DNA of 63,612 nucleotides, the filler included, from Reclinomonas americana ATCC 50394 (taxonomy: Eukaryota): assembly GCA_048213135.1 (NCBI GenBank). It is 5 parts of 2 records of this genome, joined end to end, with 100 filler letters (N's around TTAATTAATTAA, not from the genome) between each part and the next. Parts side by side here need not be neighbours in the genome. Positions count along the whole stretch, not along the records: positions 1 to 25,221 come from PS015099.1; 4 more parts are not named here. The stretch is one strand, 5' to 3'. The position numbers and the translations under genes are program-made. This document shows positions 1 to 15,369 of this stretch, in pieces. The notes under the pieces were generated by a model that was not told the DNA's origin, made no database searches, and saw only the letters and a program-made list of their open reading frames with translations. Every line of letters starts with the position of its first letter. The first letter of the stretch is position 1.

Positions 1-98
1 GGGAGGGAGAGGGAGAGAGAGAGAGAGAGAGCAGAAGCAGGAGCTGCTGTTGCATGATGCTACCCTTTCCGTCTCTTCTCTCACTCATCCAACCACAG

Positions 99-3176
<3,078 letters not shown>

Positions 3177-4732
3177 GAACACGCGAAAACGACAACAGCA
3201 AGAAGAAATACACGGCTTTTCGCGACTTGTCGGCACTCGCAAAACATTCGTTGTGCCGCGTCAAGTACGTTAACGTTTGCGTATATTCACAGGTCGTCTT
3301 GGCGTCGGTGGCAGTGGCGATTGCGCTCGCCGACCACTACCAGGTGCTGTATGAAGCCACTGATGTCGGCTGATGCTCCATGACGAAGATTGGAGAACTC
3401 ACACGCTGCCTGGCTCTGCTGGTCTCTCTATGACTCACGGTACCAACGCCACTTGTTCTTTCTGCATTCCTGAAACACAAGCTTTGTGTCACGAGCCGTG
3501 GTTTCCCTTCCAGCATCACATTTTGATCACGACTTTTTCTTCTGTTTCCGCGATGTCTCAGTTTCTGCTACTGCTCACTCAACATGGCAATCATCATGCA
3601 GCTTGTGTTGCAGTTTGGGCCAGCAGTTGTGTAATTTGCAGGTGTAGACCCCGACGCGGGAAGCCAACTGGTCGGCCGGACCGATTCAAGATTCGTCCGC
3701 ATCTTCATTACCGCAACGCACATACGCTGCGCCCGCAAACCGCACGGTACGCATCCAAACAACACGCACACACGCACACTCACACACGCATCCACCCTCG
3801 CGTCGTTCGTGCGCGCCATGGCTGACATGTCTCCTCGCCTTCTCCTCTCTCTCTCACTCACTCACGNNNNNNNNNNNNNNNNNNNNNNNNNNNNNNNNNN
3901 NNNNNNNNNNNNNNNNNNNNNNNNNNNNNNNNNNNNNNNNNNNNNNNNNNNNNNNNNNNNNNNNNNNNNNNNNNNNNNNNNNNNNNNNNNNNNNNNNNNN
4001 NNNNNNNNNNNNNNNNNNNNNNNNNNNNNNNNNNNNNNNNNNNNNNNNNNNNNNNNNNNNNNNNNNNNNNNNNNNNNNNNNNNNNNNNNNNNNNNNNNNN
4101 NNNNNNNNNNNNNNNNNNNNNNNNNNNNNNNNNNNNNNNNNNNNNNNNNNNNNNNNNNNNNNNNNNNNNNNNNNNNNNNNNNNNNNNNNNNNNNNNNNNN
4201 NNNNNNNNNNNNNNNNNNNNNNNNNNNNNNNNNNNNNNNNNNNNNNNNNNNNNNNNNNNNNNNNNNNNNNNNNNNNNNNNNNNNNNNNNNNNNNNNNNNN
4301 NNNNNNNNNNNNNNNNNNNNNNNNNNNNNNNNNNNNNNNNNNNNNNNNNNNNNNNNNNNNNNNNNNNNNNNNNNNNNNNNNNNNNNNNNNNNNNNNNNNN
4401 NNNNNNNNNNNNNNNNNNNNNNNNNNNNNNNNNNNNNNNNNNNNNNNNNNNNNNNNNNNNNNNNNNNNNNNNNNNNNNNNNNNNNNNNNNNNNNNNNNNN
4501 NNNNNNNNNNNNNNNNNNNNNNNNNNNNNNNNNNNNNNNNNNNNNNNNNNNNNNNNNNNNNNNNNNNNNNNNNNNNNNNNNNNNNNNNNNNNNNNNNNNN
4601 NNNNNNNNNNNNNNNNNNNNNNNNNNNNNNNNNNNNNNNNNNNNNNNNNNNNNNNNNNNNNNNNNNNNNNNNNNNNNNNNNNNNNNNNNNNNNNNNNNNN
4701 NNNNNNNNNNNNNNTCCCTCCACCCATCGCAG

Positions 4733-5922
4733 GCGGAGATGACTCTGTGCGACCACGAATGCCAGCTGCTGCGCCGGAGAAGGCGTTTCTACACCAACCA
4801 GATCACGCAGTTGGCTCGCGAGGGCCACCTCGAGCAGGCGTTGCTCGTATTCGGCGACATGCGGCGAGAGGATGTTGAGCGGCGGCAGGCCGAATCGCTG
4901 ACAACGGTGCGCTCTTCTCGTCTCCTTCTCATGATATCCGTGCATCACCTGCTCACGTTGCCCCCCTCATGCAGGCCGATCAGCCACACCCACTACCGGG
5001 ACTACTTGACACGGCGGCCTGCAACGCCGTCATGTCGGCGCATGCGCGCGTGGCCGACATTCGAGGCGCCGAGGCGCTCTTTGAGGCCATGTTGGGCGCC
5101 GACAAGGAACTGCCGCCACCGGACACGGTGACGTGCAACACGCTGAGCTCGGCCTTTGCGCGAGCCGGTCAGACGCAGCGCGCGTGGGAGCACGTGGTTC
5201 GGCGCCACATGCGGAGGCGAGACGGTGATGACAATGTGCAGACGGCGATGCTGCCGAATTATGTGACACTGCACACGGTGTTGGCGGGCTTTGCGCGTGA
5301 GCGTGCGGCGCCGGAGCAGCTGGTGGAGGTGGCCGAGTATCTGTGCACCGGTGGCGCCGGTCACTTTCCACCCGTGCCGCTGACGGCGGTGGCCGTGCAC
5401 CTGTTGATGGAGACCGGGGTGGAGGTGCGCCGCGTGTTGCAGTTGGTCGACACGGTGCGAGGAGCCGTCGTGGATGCCAGCGGCGTTGATGGTTTCGCCG
5501 TGTGCGATCTGCCCGCTGGTGCCACGCCAAGTTGCGTGTCTTGAGAGGGAGAGGGCGGTAAGGGAAGAGAGCGTGATGAGGAGAGAGGAAAGCGGGAACG
5601 AGAGAGGGGGAATGGTAGAGAGAGACAGAGACACTGAACTATAGAAGACATGCAACCTGAAGGCAGGGAGTGCAATGTCGTGTGTGCATGCGTGTTACGC
5701 TCAGAGATAAAGAGAGGAAGAGGATGAGAAGGAGAGAAGATATGCAAGTGCAGGGAGACTTGGAATCTGAGGTCGGAAATGAAAAAGAAGAGTAATAACA
5801 GTTCGTGTGTGTGTTAGAGAAGGAATGAGAGAGAGGAAATAAGAGAAGATATGCAAGCACAGAAGGACAGAGAGTGCGAGTGCGGATAGGAAGAAGAACA
5901 CCAAGAACAGTGGCCTGTGTGC

Positions 5923-5957
<35 letters not shown>

Positions 5958-7211
5958 CGAGAGTGAGAGAGGGAGGGAGAGAGATGCGAGGGCAGATAGG
6001 AAGAAGAACATCAAGAACAGAAGCATGAGAGAGCGCGAGAGTGAGAGAGGGAGAGAGAGAGTGCGAGGGTGGAAAATACGGAGAGAAAGTCCATCGTGGT
6101 GTGTGAGTGAGAAACGCACACAAGTCACTCATCGATGACTTTGGTGCAGTGTCGCTGGAATTGTGCGATCCTTGCCACGATGGCGATCGCGCCGTGTCGT
6201 CGCAGCGCGCGTGGACATGGTCGCAGACCAAGGCCGACTCAGTGGCGGCACCGTTCCCCTCGGCGCTGACTGTGGATACCACGTCGGTTGCGTCGTGTAC
6301 CGAGAGTTCACCAATGCTCACGCATAGTTGTCTCACGTTCAACCGCGCAGCACGAAAGGTGCAACTCGCTCCTGGACGTGCGCTCCTGCTCACGACCAGT
6401 GGCGCGGTTGGCCGTCATCAAGTGGCTGGATGACGTGTGTGGCGTGTTTCCCGACGCTCTGCCGTCGCCATCGCGCATCTGGCTGATCCACACGGGTGGA
6501 GCGGCGCTGCGTGCCGACATGTGCGACTTTTTGAATACGCTGTTGCAGAGAGCGTCGCAGGTGGGTGTTTTGAGGGGAAGGGGGGAAGGGAGGGAAGGGG
6601 GAAGGGAGGGGGAGTGAGAGGGTGAGAAAGTGAGAGGGAGAGGGAGAGAGAGTGGACGAGGATGCATGCGCGTGCACGTGCGTACGGGCGAGAGGCTGCT
6701 TCATAGAAGGAAAAGGACCGATAAGAAGGCGACATTGCATTCGGGTACACTTTTTCGATTTTGTATCTGGTGCCAGGCAGAGTGGTGGAATGCAGCATTC
6801 TAAGAGGGCAACTGTGAATTTATACTCTCTTCGTATGTGCTATGCTGGTGCTGGCTTGTAGCTTGACGTTTTGTTGAGAGAGAGAGAAAAGTCCTCAAGT
6901 TTTGCTTTCTCACTTTGGAAGTGTCTCACTCTCCCCTCCCTCTCTCCCACCTCCAGATGCTTCCCCACGGGAATCATGCCCAGCTGATGCCCTCGACAGA
7001 CCCCACTCTCATGCTTCCGGGCCGCATGCTGAACCGCTTACTGCGCATCTGGAACATTTCGTGTGGTCACTCGCTCCGCGAGCATGCTTTGCAAAGGTAC
7101 ATTTGGGGTGTTACTCCCGTCACTGCTTGCCACCTTTGTTCCCCTCACCATCGCATTACCGCAGTGTGGGTCCCGTGGAGCGACAGCAGTCATCGACTGC
7201 TCCCTCGCTGA
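4733..7211 (+). CDS. Pentatricopeptide repeat (PPR) protein with a C-terminal Smr-like segment; 5' end lost in gap
   Basis: PPR-like motifs YTNQITQLAREGHLEQALLVFGDM, DTAACNAVMSAHARVADIRGAEALFEAM, PDTVTCNTLSSAFARAGQTQRA and PNYVTLHTVLAGFAR. A later exon reads LLDVRSCSRPVARLAVIKWL, resembling the start of an Smr domain. The 3' end is approximate. Confidence 0.7.
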
Positions 7212-7301
7212 CAACGAGGAGTCCGGCTCCTCAGATAAGTAGACGGTGGAATACAATGTAAGAGTGAACGATTGATTGTTTGTTGCTTCGGTGTTCACAA
7301 G

Positions 7302-9278
7302 TCAAGGAGAGGAGGATGAGCGCGCCGCATCACCGTGCCGCAGGCGATTCTTCTCCAGCGCCTGACTGAGCTTGAGGTGCACAAAGGTGGCATCGTCTGG
7401 CCGCAGGTGCGTGGTGCCCAGGTCGAGCTTGACAATCGTCGTGTTCCTCTCCAAGCAGCGCAGCAGGGCGCGCACACCCTGCATGTTGATGTTGTTCAAG
7501 AACAGCTGCAGCGTCGACAGAGTCCAATTGTGATTCTCCAGTGCGTCGGCCAGCGCCGCAGCACCTTCATCGCCCACGTTGTTGGCTGTGCGCACACACA
7601 CGGAGGTGAGGAGTGGAGGACGTACTTGGTTCTCACACCCCTCACGCAACAAGTCAGGTCGAGACTGCACAGGCGGAGTGAGTGATCGTCGACACACACC
7701 ACAGAGGCAGGGAGAGCGAAAGACGCAACGATTTGAGCACAGTGTTGGCGTGCAGGGCGTAGGCAAGGGCACGCTGCCCTCAACAACAATCATCAGCATG
7801 CGGTAAATGGGTGAGAGTGAGAGGTAACTTTCCATCACGCAACAGCACCGACGGCCGTGATGTTGTTGCTGTTGAGTTTCAGCGTCGTGATTCTGCACTG
7901 GGGGGAGCGCAGCAGGTCGCAGAGCGTCTCCACTCCACGGTCGGTGATGTCGCTCTCTGTGTCGTATCCGGAAAGAAATGAGCGTGTCTCCGCCATGGCA
8001 AAACTTTGATCGCCGTCAGCGCAACTCTGCAAATCCAACGTCGTGAGTGTCGTGTTGCTCTGCAGAGCGGCCACCAGGTGTCGCACTCCGGCATCGCCAA
8101 TCGCGTTGTAGTGCAGGGCGAGAGTGGTGAGACCTCGGTTGCGGCGAAGGCCGTCGGCGATGGTGGCGACGCCGTCGGCGTGGAGTGAGTTGACTGAGTG
8201 GGTGGAAGGGGAAGGAAAAGAAGGAAGGCGTGGGTAACAGCAAGTATGAAGAGTAAGCAGGCGAGGACATATTTGAGCATCACATACAAGTACAGACAGT
8301 GCAGCACAGGCGAGGACATGCACGTGCGAGAGAGAGGAGGCACGGTGCAGTACACCGAGACAAGGACTGTCACTCTTCAGCGCGAATAAAGCATCACAAG
8401 CAGCTGGTGGTCTCACAGAGAGAACGCAACTTCCCAGATCCAAAACCCGCAGCGTGCGATTGACCGCCAGTATCCGTGCAAGGTGAACAGCACCTGTGTG
8501 CACACAAACAAGGCCGTGATCAGCCCTTTCTCCTCCCCCCACCGATCGCGACTTGCGCACGCCTACTCACCGGCAGGACCAATGTCGTTCGAGTGCAGAT
8601 TGAGACTGGTGACATGCGTGTTGTTCTCCAGTGAGCGACACAGCACTTCCAAGCTGTTGTCGCGCAGGCGGTTCTCTGCAGCGAGGGCGAGGGATGAGGA
8701 GAACGGAAGCAAAGATCAAAGAAGAAGAACGCAACGCGAGAGATCCAACTCGCGCAGGTTGCGCGGATTCTCCTCCAGCACCGTCGCCAGTTGTTGCGCA
8801 GCCTCCACGCCGAGCAAACGTGCTGCAGGGATGAGCAAGGTGAGACACGGGGGGAGAACGGATCAGGCGAGGCGGGCGAACCAGTGAACTGGGCACGGGT
8901 GGCGGTGCGCAGGTCAGCCAGCTCCGCGTCGGTAAGCACAGCTGGGGAGATCAAGGGAGAAGCTAGTCACGAACGGCTGTGGTGTGTGTGTGTGCGCGCG
9001 CGTGCGTCGTCTCGCAACTCGCAGCCTGTGCACGACTTGGCGAGGCTGCTGCACTGCCAGCAACAGCATTGAAGACCACCGACTGCGGCACTGGTGGTTG
9101 CTGCTGTTGCTGCGCAGCTGGTGGTGGTGGCAACGGAGCAACGAGGTGACGCACAGCAGCACACAGGAGCTGCAATAAAACAACAGTCATTTTTCCGCAT
9201 GGATGGATAGTAGTAAGAGGCGATCGCAACTGGGATGCCCACGATCAAGCTGCCAATGAGTTGCTCGAGACGATCCAT
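7302..9278 (-). CDS. RNI-like leucine-rich repeat protein (11 exons)
   Basis: Spliced 28-aa LRRs LRELDLSQNRL, VTSLNLHSNDIGPAG, LTTLALHYNAIGDAG, ITTLKLNSNNIT, LDLTSNNVGDEGAAAL and LSTLQLFLNNI. ATG 9278 (MDRLEQLIGSLIVGIP), stop 7304-7302. Confidence 0.85.
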
Positions 9279-9389
9279 TAGCAAAGTAAAGTGTGTGCTG
9301 TTGTTGTTGTCTGCGCACAAGTGCTGTTGTCTGCGCCAATGTCTTCTCCTCTCTTGCTCTTCCTTTCTTCTCGTGCTTGTGAGTGTTGC

Positions 9390-9453
<64 letters not shown>

Positions 9454-9512
9454 TTGTTTAGTAGTTATCGACTGTTCACTTAATCAATCAATGTTAACAG
9501 TCTTTTTTAGTA

Positions 9513-9850
9513 ATGTTCTCGTGGGCATGCTGGCTCCTCGTGGCCATTGGCTTTTGCCAGTGCGCCTCCTGGCTTGTCTCGTTTGGTCGCTGGCTGCATT
9601 TCAGTGTGTGGCCCGCACTCAAGCTGCGCTGGCGCACGTGGCAGCAGCGGAACAATGAGGAGGCGGATGTGGAGAGTGTGCGGGTGGCACTGGCGCCCTT
9701 TGTGAAGGAGGTGAGGAGCAGGGGAGGAGAAGAGAAGGAGAGAGAGTGAAGAGAGAGAAGAGAGTGATTCTGCAAGTTGACTGACTGTGTGTTGTCTTTG
9801 CAGGGTGCATGGGCTGTTGGTGAGTCTCTCTCTCTCACACACACTCGCTT

Positions 9851-9891
<41 letters not shown>

Positions 9892-12570
9892 CACACACAC
9901 TCTCTCTCTCTCACTGGTCACTTGTCTCTCTTCCGAGTGATTAATCTCTCCATCATTCTCTGTCTGTCTCACTGCACTCACTCACTGCACTCACTCACTC
10001 TCCATCTCACTCTCTCACTCACTCCCCATCTCACTCACTCGCTCTCTCACTCATGCACTCACTCACTCACTCACTCACTCACTCACTCACTCACTCACTC
10101 ACTCACTCCCCCCTCTCTCACTCACTCACTCACTCACTGTACACACCTTCTCCCTCCCTCCCTCACTGCACCGCACTCACTCACTCGCTCACTTACTCCC
10201 TCACTCACTGACTGCACACACCTTCTCCGTCCCTCCCTCACTGCACTACTCACTGCACTCACTCACTCACTCTTTGCTGCATGCAGTCACTGGTGCCTCC
10301 GATGGCATTGTTGCGGAGATTTTTCGACTGGTGCTGCTGCTGATTGGTTGCAAATCGCTCACTGTCTCTCTCTCTCACAGGGCAAGGGCTTTGTGTATGA
10401 GCTTGCTGCTGCCGGCTTCAATGTGGTTCTTCTCGCCCGCACCGCGTCCAAGATGCAGGAGATTGCCACGGAAGTGCAGCAAGGTTGGCATTCTCTGTGT
10501 TCTTCTCTCATCTCTTTCTTGGGCCTTCTCGTCGCGTGCAACACTGCGCGTTCCGAGATGCCTTATTTGTCTCGCGCACCCTGTCATATCTCGTCTCCCA
10601 CAACATCGCTCCTTGTCGGCGTGGGCAAACGTCGAGCTGCACTGCGATACGTTCTCCGTTGTGCCTGTCTTGTCTCGTACACCCTGTCATGGAGTCGCGT
10701 TCGTGCACCGCTCCTTGTCCTCTTGGGTTGCCCGTTGCCGGCCTCCGCCTTTACCCACCCTGCACTTTTATGTCACACCAGGTCGCTCCTGCTTCTCAAT
10801 TATGTCGTCGCATTGCATTCGCCATCCCCTCTCTTTGCTTCCTTCAGTGCGGAGCATCGTGTGCTTGCGCTCATCGCCTCATGGACCCCTTCCATTTCCC
10901 GCCTCATCACTTCCTCACGTCTTCTCTCCTCCTTGTCTCCCTTCTCCCCCCGACAGCCTACGGCACGCAATGTCGCTTCCTCTCCGTCGACTTTACCAGC
11001 GCAGACACCGAAGCCGTGTACGCCCGCATCGAGCAGGAGCTGCGCGACCTCAACATCACCGTTCTCGTCAACAATGTTGGTGGCGCCTTTGAGCACTACA
11101 TGACAGGTTCTCCTTCCCCAATCGCCTCCTCTCTCGTCGTTCTTCGCTCACCTGTGTGTGGGTGTGTCAGACTTTATCGACGTGCCGGTGGCGGCGACCG
11201 ACGCTGTGTTCCGCGTCAACGTGGTGAGCCTGGTGCGCATGACGCACATGTGCCTGCCGCGCATGCGAGCGGCCCGCTGCGGCCTCGTTCTCAACCTGTG
11301 TTCGGCCGCCGGCATCTTCCCCGCGCCCTACATCTCCCTGTACTCGGGCTGCAAGGCGTTCATCGACTTCTTCTCGCGCTCCCTCAACCTCGAGTTGCGC
11401 CAGTACGGGCCCGCCATGCGCGTCATGTCGGTGTGCTCCAACCTGGTGGTGACACCGGGCACCAAGAATTTCGTGCACGGCGAGAGTCTGCTGGCGTGCA
11501 CGCCGCGTGCGCTGGCGCGCTCCGCTCTCATCTACCAGAGCAGTGGCGCCAGCACGGGCACGCCACACTGGGCGCACGCCATGGAGTCGACGGCCACGCA
11601 TGTGTTGCCGGCGTTGCGTATTGTGGGGGAATGGGGGAGAAAGGAAAAGGGAGGAATGGGCGGAGAAGAGAAAAACTGTGAGCTGTGTCTCTATTTTCGC
11701 CCCTTGACTCCCGATCTCTTACTTTCTTCTCCCTCCTTTTCCTCGTTGCATCCGAATCTCTTTCTGTGTCTCTTGTGTCAGAGGGAGGGAGGGAGAGAAA
11801 AAAGGACACCGCGCAGATGGCAACATGAGGGAAGAAAGACTCTCCGTCCTCGTCCTCCTTCCTTCCATGTCTCTCTCTCACTCTCTCTCTCTCTCTCGCT
11901 CTCTCTCTCTCTCGCCTTCTTTTCCTCGTTGCATCCGAATTTCTCTTTCTGTTTCTCTTGTGTCAAAGGGCGGAAGAGAGAGAAAAAAGGAGGCCACGCA
12001 GATGGCAACATGAGGGATGAAGAGAACCTCCTGCACTGCATTGCGCTTTCTTCCTGCTCGCCCTCCTCTTGCTTCTATCCCCCTTGCATCCATATCTCTT
12101 CCCTGTCTTTCTGGAGGGCGTGAGACTACGCAGAAGGTTGATGGACAAAGTTGTATCTGTATCTCCGTCTTCCCTTCTCTTCATCCATCCTCCTTCCTCC
12201 TTCATTCCTCCTCCTCTCTCTCTCTCTCTCTCTCTCTCTCAGTGTCTCTCTCCCGCCTTCTTTGTCTCGAAAGAGACCACGCAAAAGACAACATGAGGAC
12301 GCATAAGACAACAAGAGGATGATGAGACTCTCTTGTATCCGTCTTGTCTTGCTGCTGTACATTCTATCTTCCTCCTTCTTGCCTTGCATCCGTATCTCTC
12401 ACAACAGGGAAGATGGCGATGCATGTGAAGCGAGAAGGCAGCATGAGTTGTCTCGCTCCTCACTATCCCCTTCCCCTCCCCACAGCTTCCTCATGGAGGA
12501 ACTCGGTCTCAAGGTCATCCTCGGCATGGTCAAGGAGGAGAAGGAGCGGAAGAGTCGTGAGGCACAGTGA
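9513..12570 (+). CDS. Short-chain dehydrogenase/reductase, 17-beta-HSD / very-long-chain 3-oxoacyl-CoA reductase-like
   Basis: Spliced GAWAVVTGASDGIGKGF (Rossmann TGxxxGIG), LVNNVG, catalytic YSGCK (YxxxK) and an N-terminal hydrophobic anchor. Stop is TGA 12568-12570. Confidence 0.9.
9964..10271. repeat. Degenerate (CACT)n tetranucleotide tract in an SDR intron
   Basis: Repeated ctcactcactca units. Confidence 0.85.
11737..12030. repeat. Intronic direct duplication (about 183-nt period) with further degenerate copies to about 12420
   Basis: ttttcctcgttgcatccgaat...gcagatggcaacatgaggga occurs at about 11737 and 11920. The core ccttgcatcc(a/g)tatctct recurs at about 12082 and 12382. Confidence 0.8.
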
Positions 12571-12973
12571 AACGCTTGATGATTCGTGAGCCACCTCGCC
12601 GGCAGCTGCAGGCACTGGCTGTCGTAAATTTGTCGTGTCAGGAGCGACGCATTGGACAGGTTTTTCGGAGTGCGATCGGAGGGCCCGCATTTTTTTTCTT
12701 TCGACGTGGCAACCGCCACCCGCTGTTCTATTTGTGCTCTCGTCAGTCGAGTCGACGACTCGCAACACAAAGCATGCGGTCCCTGTTTCATAGATGTGGA
12801 CACGGACGCGACGCGCGCAAAGCATTCTTATTTGCATGACCGCGCGGAAATTTGTGATTTCCTGGTCCTGCTCGTTGCAGTAAGCCGTCAGATGTCTACT
12901 GGACAGCAAGGATACCGCACAGGATCACCAATGTCAATCCTGTCAAATCCCGACAAATCAGCCACGCCACACG

Positions 12974-12981
12974 TATAAATA
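12974..12981 (+). promoter_or_regulatory. Candidate TATA box
   Basis: TATAAATA about 100 nt upstream of ATG 13079 in a GC-rich context, flanked by repeated gtcaa(a)tcc/gacaa(a)tc motifs. Confidence 0.45.
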
Positions 12982-13078
12982 GCCCGACGACCGACAATCC
13001 GTCAAACCCAATTTCTTCTCCATCTCTTGTGAGCGCTGGTTATCTCCCATTTTTTCGAATTTTCTCTGTTTCTGCTGC

Positions 13079-14955
13079 ATGTCCGGTTTCACCAACTTCC
13101 CGTCGTCTTCTGAGAGCTGGATGTTCTTCCCCGATCAAGAGGAGCCAGAGGGCGTCGATGAGGTTTTCGCCACGAGCATGAGATACGGGCTTCAACGAGA
13201 AGACCCTCCGTGTGGCGCCACCACTGGCCATGGCGCCTCCGCGACGACCGGCGCCTGGCACCAGGAGCCGCCGCTGATGCCCTTTGCTCCTCTGCCCGTC
13301 GGCAGCATGCATGCGCCACCACCACCACCACCACCGCCGATGCCTCCAATGTCGCAACTGCCGCTGCCTTTCCTTCCGCCACCGCCGCGTATGCCGGTAA
13401 CACCGACGTCGTCGTCGCTGGGTGCTGCAATGTCGGTGCCCGCCTCGCCCTTGTCGTCGGCGAGTGCTCCACCCTCTCCTTCCTCCACGACCACCACCAC
13501 GACCACTACAACAACAGCGACTGCTGCGCCGTGGCCGGTGCCATGGGCGCCATGGCCTGCTGCAGGAGCGCCCAGTTTCTCATATTACCCACCGCCGAGC
13601 GTGCAGCCGCCGCCGTGCATGAACTTTGGTGGCTGTCCAGGAGGGTGAGTTTTTTTGTGAGAGGGAGAGAGTGTGTCTTCTTTTGCAGTGCGTGTCTTCT
13701 CTGTTTTCTTGATGTGCGCTGTGTGTTCGAGAATCCCCTGTATTCCGTGCTCACTCACCTTCCCCTCCTCTGTCTCCACGCTGCAGCCCCTTCGCGCCAG
13801 CGTTGAACCCAATCTTTGTGTTCGCCAGCCCACATCTGCCCACTGCTGCTGCGCCCAGGTGTGATATCGCTTCCCACTCGTTGCCATTTATGGCGTGCGT
13901 GTCCATTCCTGACTGCTCTTTGATTTTCTTATTGTGTCCTGTTTTGCAGCCCGTGCCCCACCGAGATGACCATGGTGGCTGCGTCTCCCGAAGCACACAT
14001 GTCTGGCAAGAGGTTCGTACTGCGTGCCTTGTGCGCGTGCGCATCCATACATTTCCCTCCGTTCTTTTTTATTGACATTCTTCTTCTTTTCAGAAGAAGA
14101 AACCATGCACCGAACACGGACACCGACGAAGAATCCGAGTATGAGCCACACGACGAAGACGGCACAGACAGCGACGGCCGCCGCGTGCGTCGTCGTGTCT
14201 GCGCGACACGCACACCCTCTCGCGCTGCCACCACCACCACCAAGAAGAACTCGACACCGCGCGCTCGGCGACCGCGCCAGCCTGTCGAGAGCGACCTGCA
14301 GTGCACCGAGGTGGAGCTGCGGAGGACGCTCAACATCCTGCGCTGGTTCACCGAGCGCATCACCATGGGTGGGGGCCGCCGTATTAAGTGGGCGGAAGTT
14401 CTCAAGCACCTGAATGAGGTGGAACATGGCCTGCGCGGCAGCGTGTTGCTGCTGGATGTGGCCCGGGGCGAGACGGAGATGCCCAAGCGCTCGCCTGTGT
14501 GGAGATTCTGGCGCAAGCTGGCGCGTCGTCTGAGTTGCGTCGCAAGATGGCCCTCGCTCTTTATGTTTTTTCGATATGTGTTGTTCGCTGACATGTCGCC
14601 ATGTCACTCTTGTGCAGAGGACGCCCACGTGGAGCTGTATGGTTCAGGTGCCGAGCAGACAGTGCCGTTCATCGCGCGCATCCTGGACGTGGTGGAGTTT
14701 GTGTGGTGCGAGCTGCGTGTGACGCCCGCCGAGTGCATCCGATCGGAAATCGAGGGTGATCTTTGGCAACGCGTGCGTGGTATGTGCGAAGTGCGATTCG
14801 CACTGCAGCAGCGCGAGTGGCGACTTGTGCAGCAGCTGCTGCTGGTCACCCCGAGCAAGGAGAGCGAGCCAGGCTTCAAGGACATTGACCGTGAGCGGTG
14901 CTCGATGCGCAAGGGTTATGAAATGTTGGCGAATGAGTTGCTCGCCGAAAAGTGA
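13079..14955 (+). CDS. Hypothetical protein with a Pro-rich N-terminus and helical C-terminus
   Basis: Long exon-like ORFs 13079-13644, about 14093-14532 and 14619-14955 with GT-AG borders. No family recognised. Confidence 0.55.
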
Positions 14956-15369
14956 AACCTAATCATCATCATGTTGCACGTGGAACGACAACAGGAGGGA
15001 GAAGGAGAGGGAAGAGAGGGGGTGAGAGTGAGAGAGAGGCGATGAGAACCTAGGTGACAGCTTGGTGTACGTTCGTTCGGATTCGCATGGTGTTCGCAAA
15101 CACCAAATGAAATCGGTTCGGAAAATATAAGGGAGGGGAGTGCGTGTGGTGTTCCCTGCAGCGACCATATGCGGCGGCTGCAACTCTCGCGTGAGATCTA
15201 CCTGCTGCGTCACTCACACACCGCGCTTGCATACGAATCTGATGACCGGTATATTTCAACTCCGCACGGTCAAGTCACAGAAGAAAAAACTAACTAGGGG
15301 GCGGGTGCGCTGTGTGCAACAAAACACATGCACACGCACACACTGAAACTCGGGTACAGATGTGCGTGC

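Noticed and set aside
3177-3820. Possible small gene or ncRNA between the LPMO-like and PPR genes
   Set aside because: Only short ORFs with no consistent splice pattern or recognisable motif.
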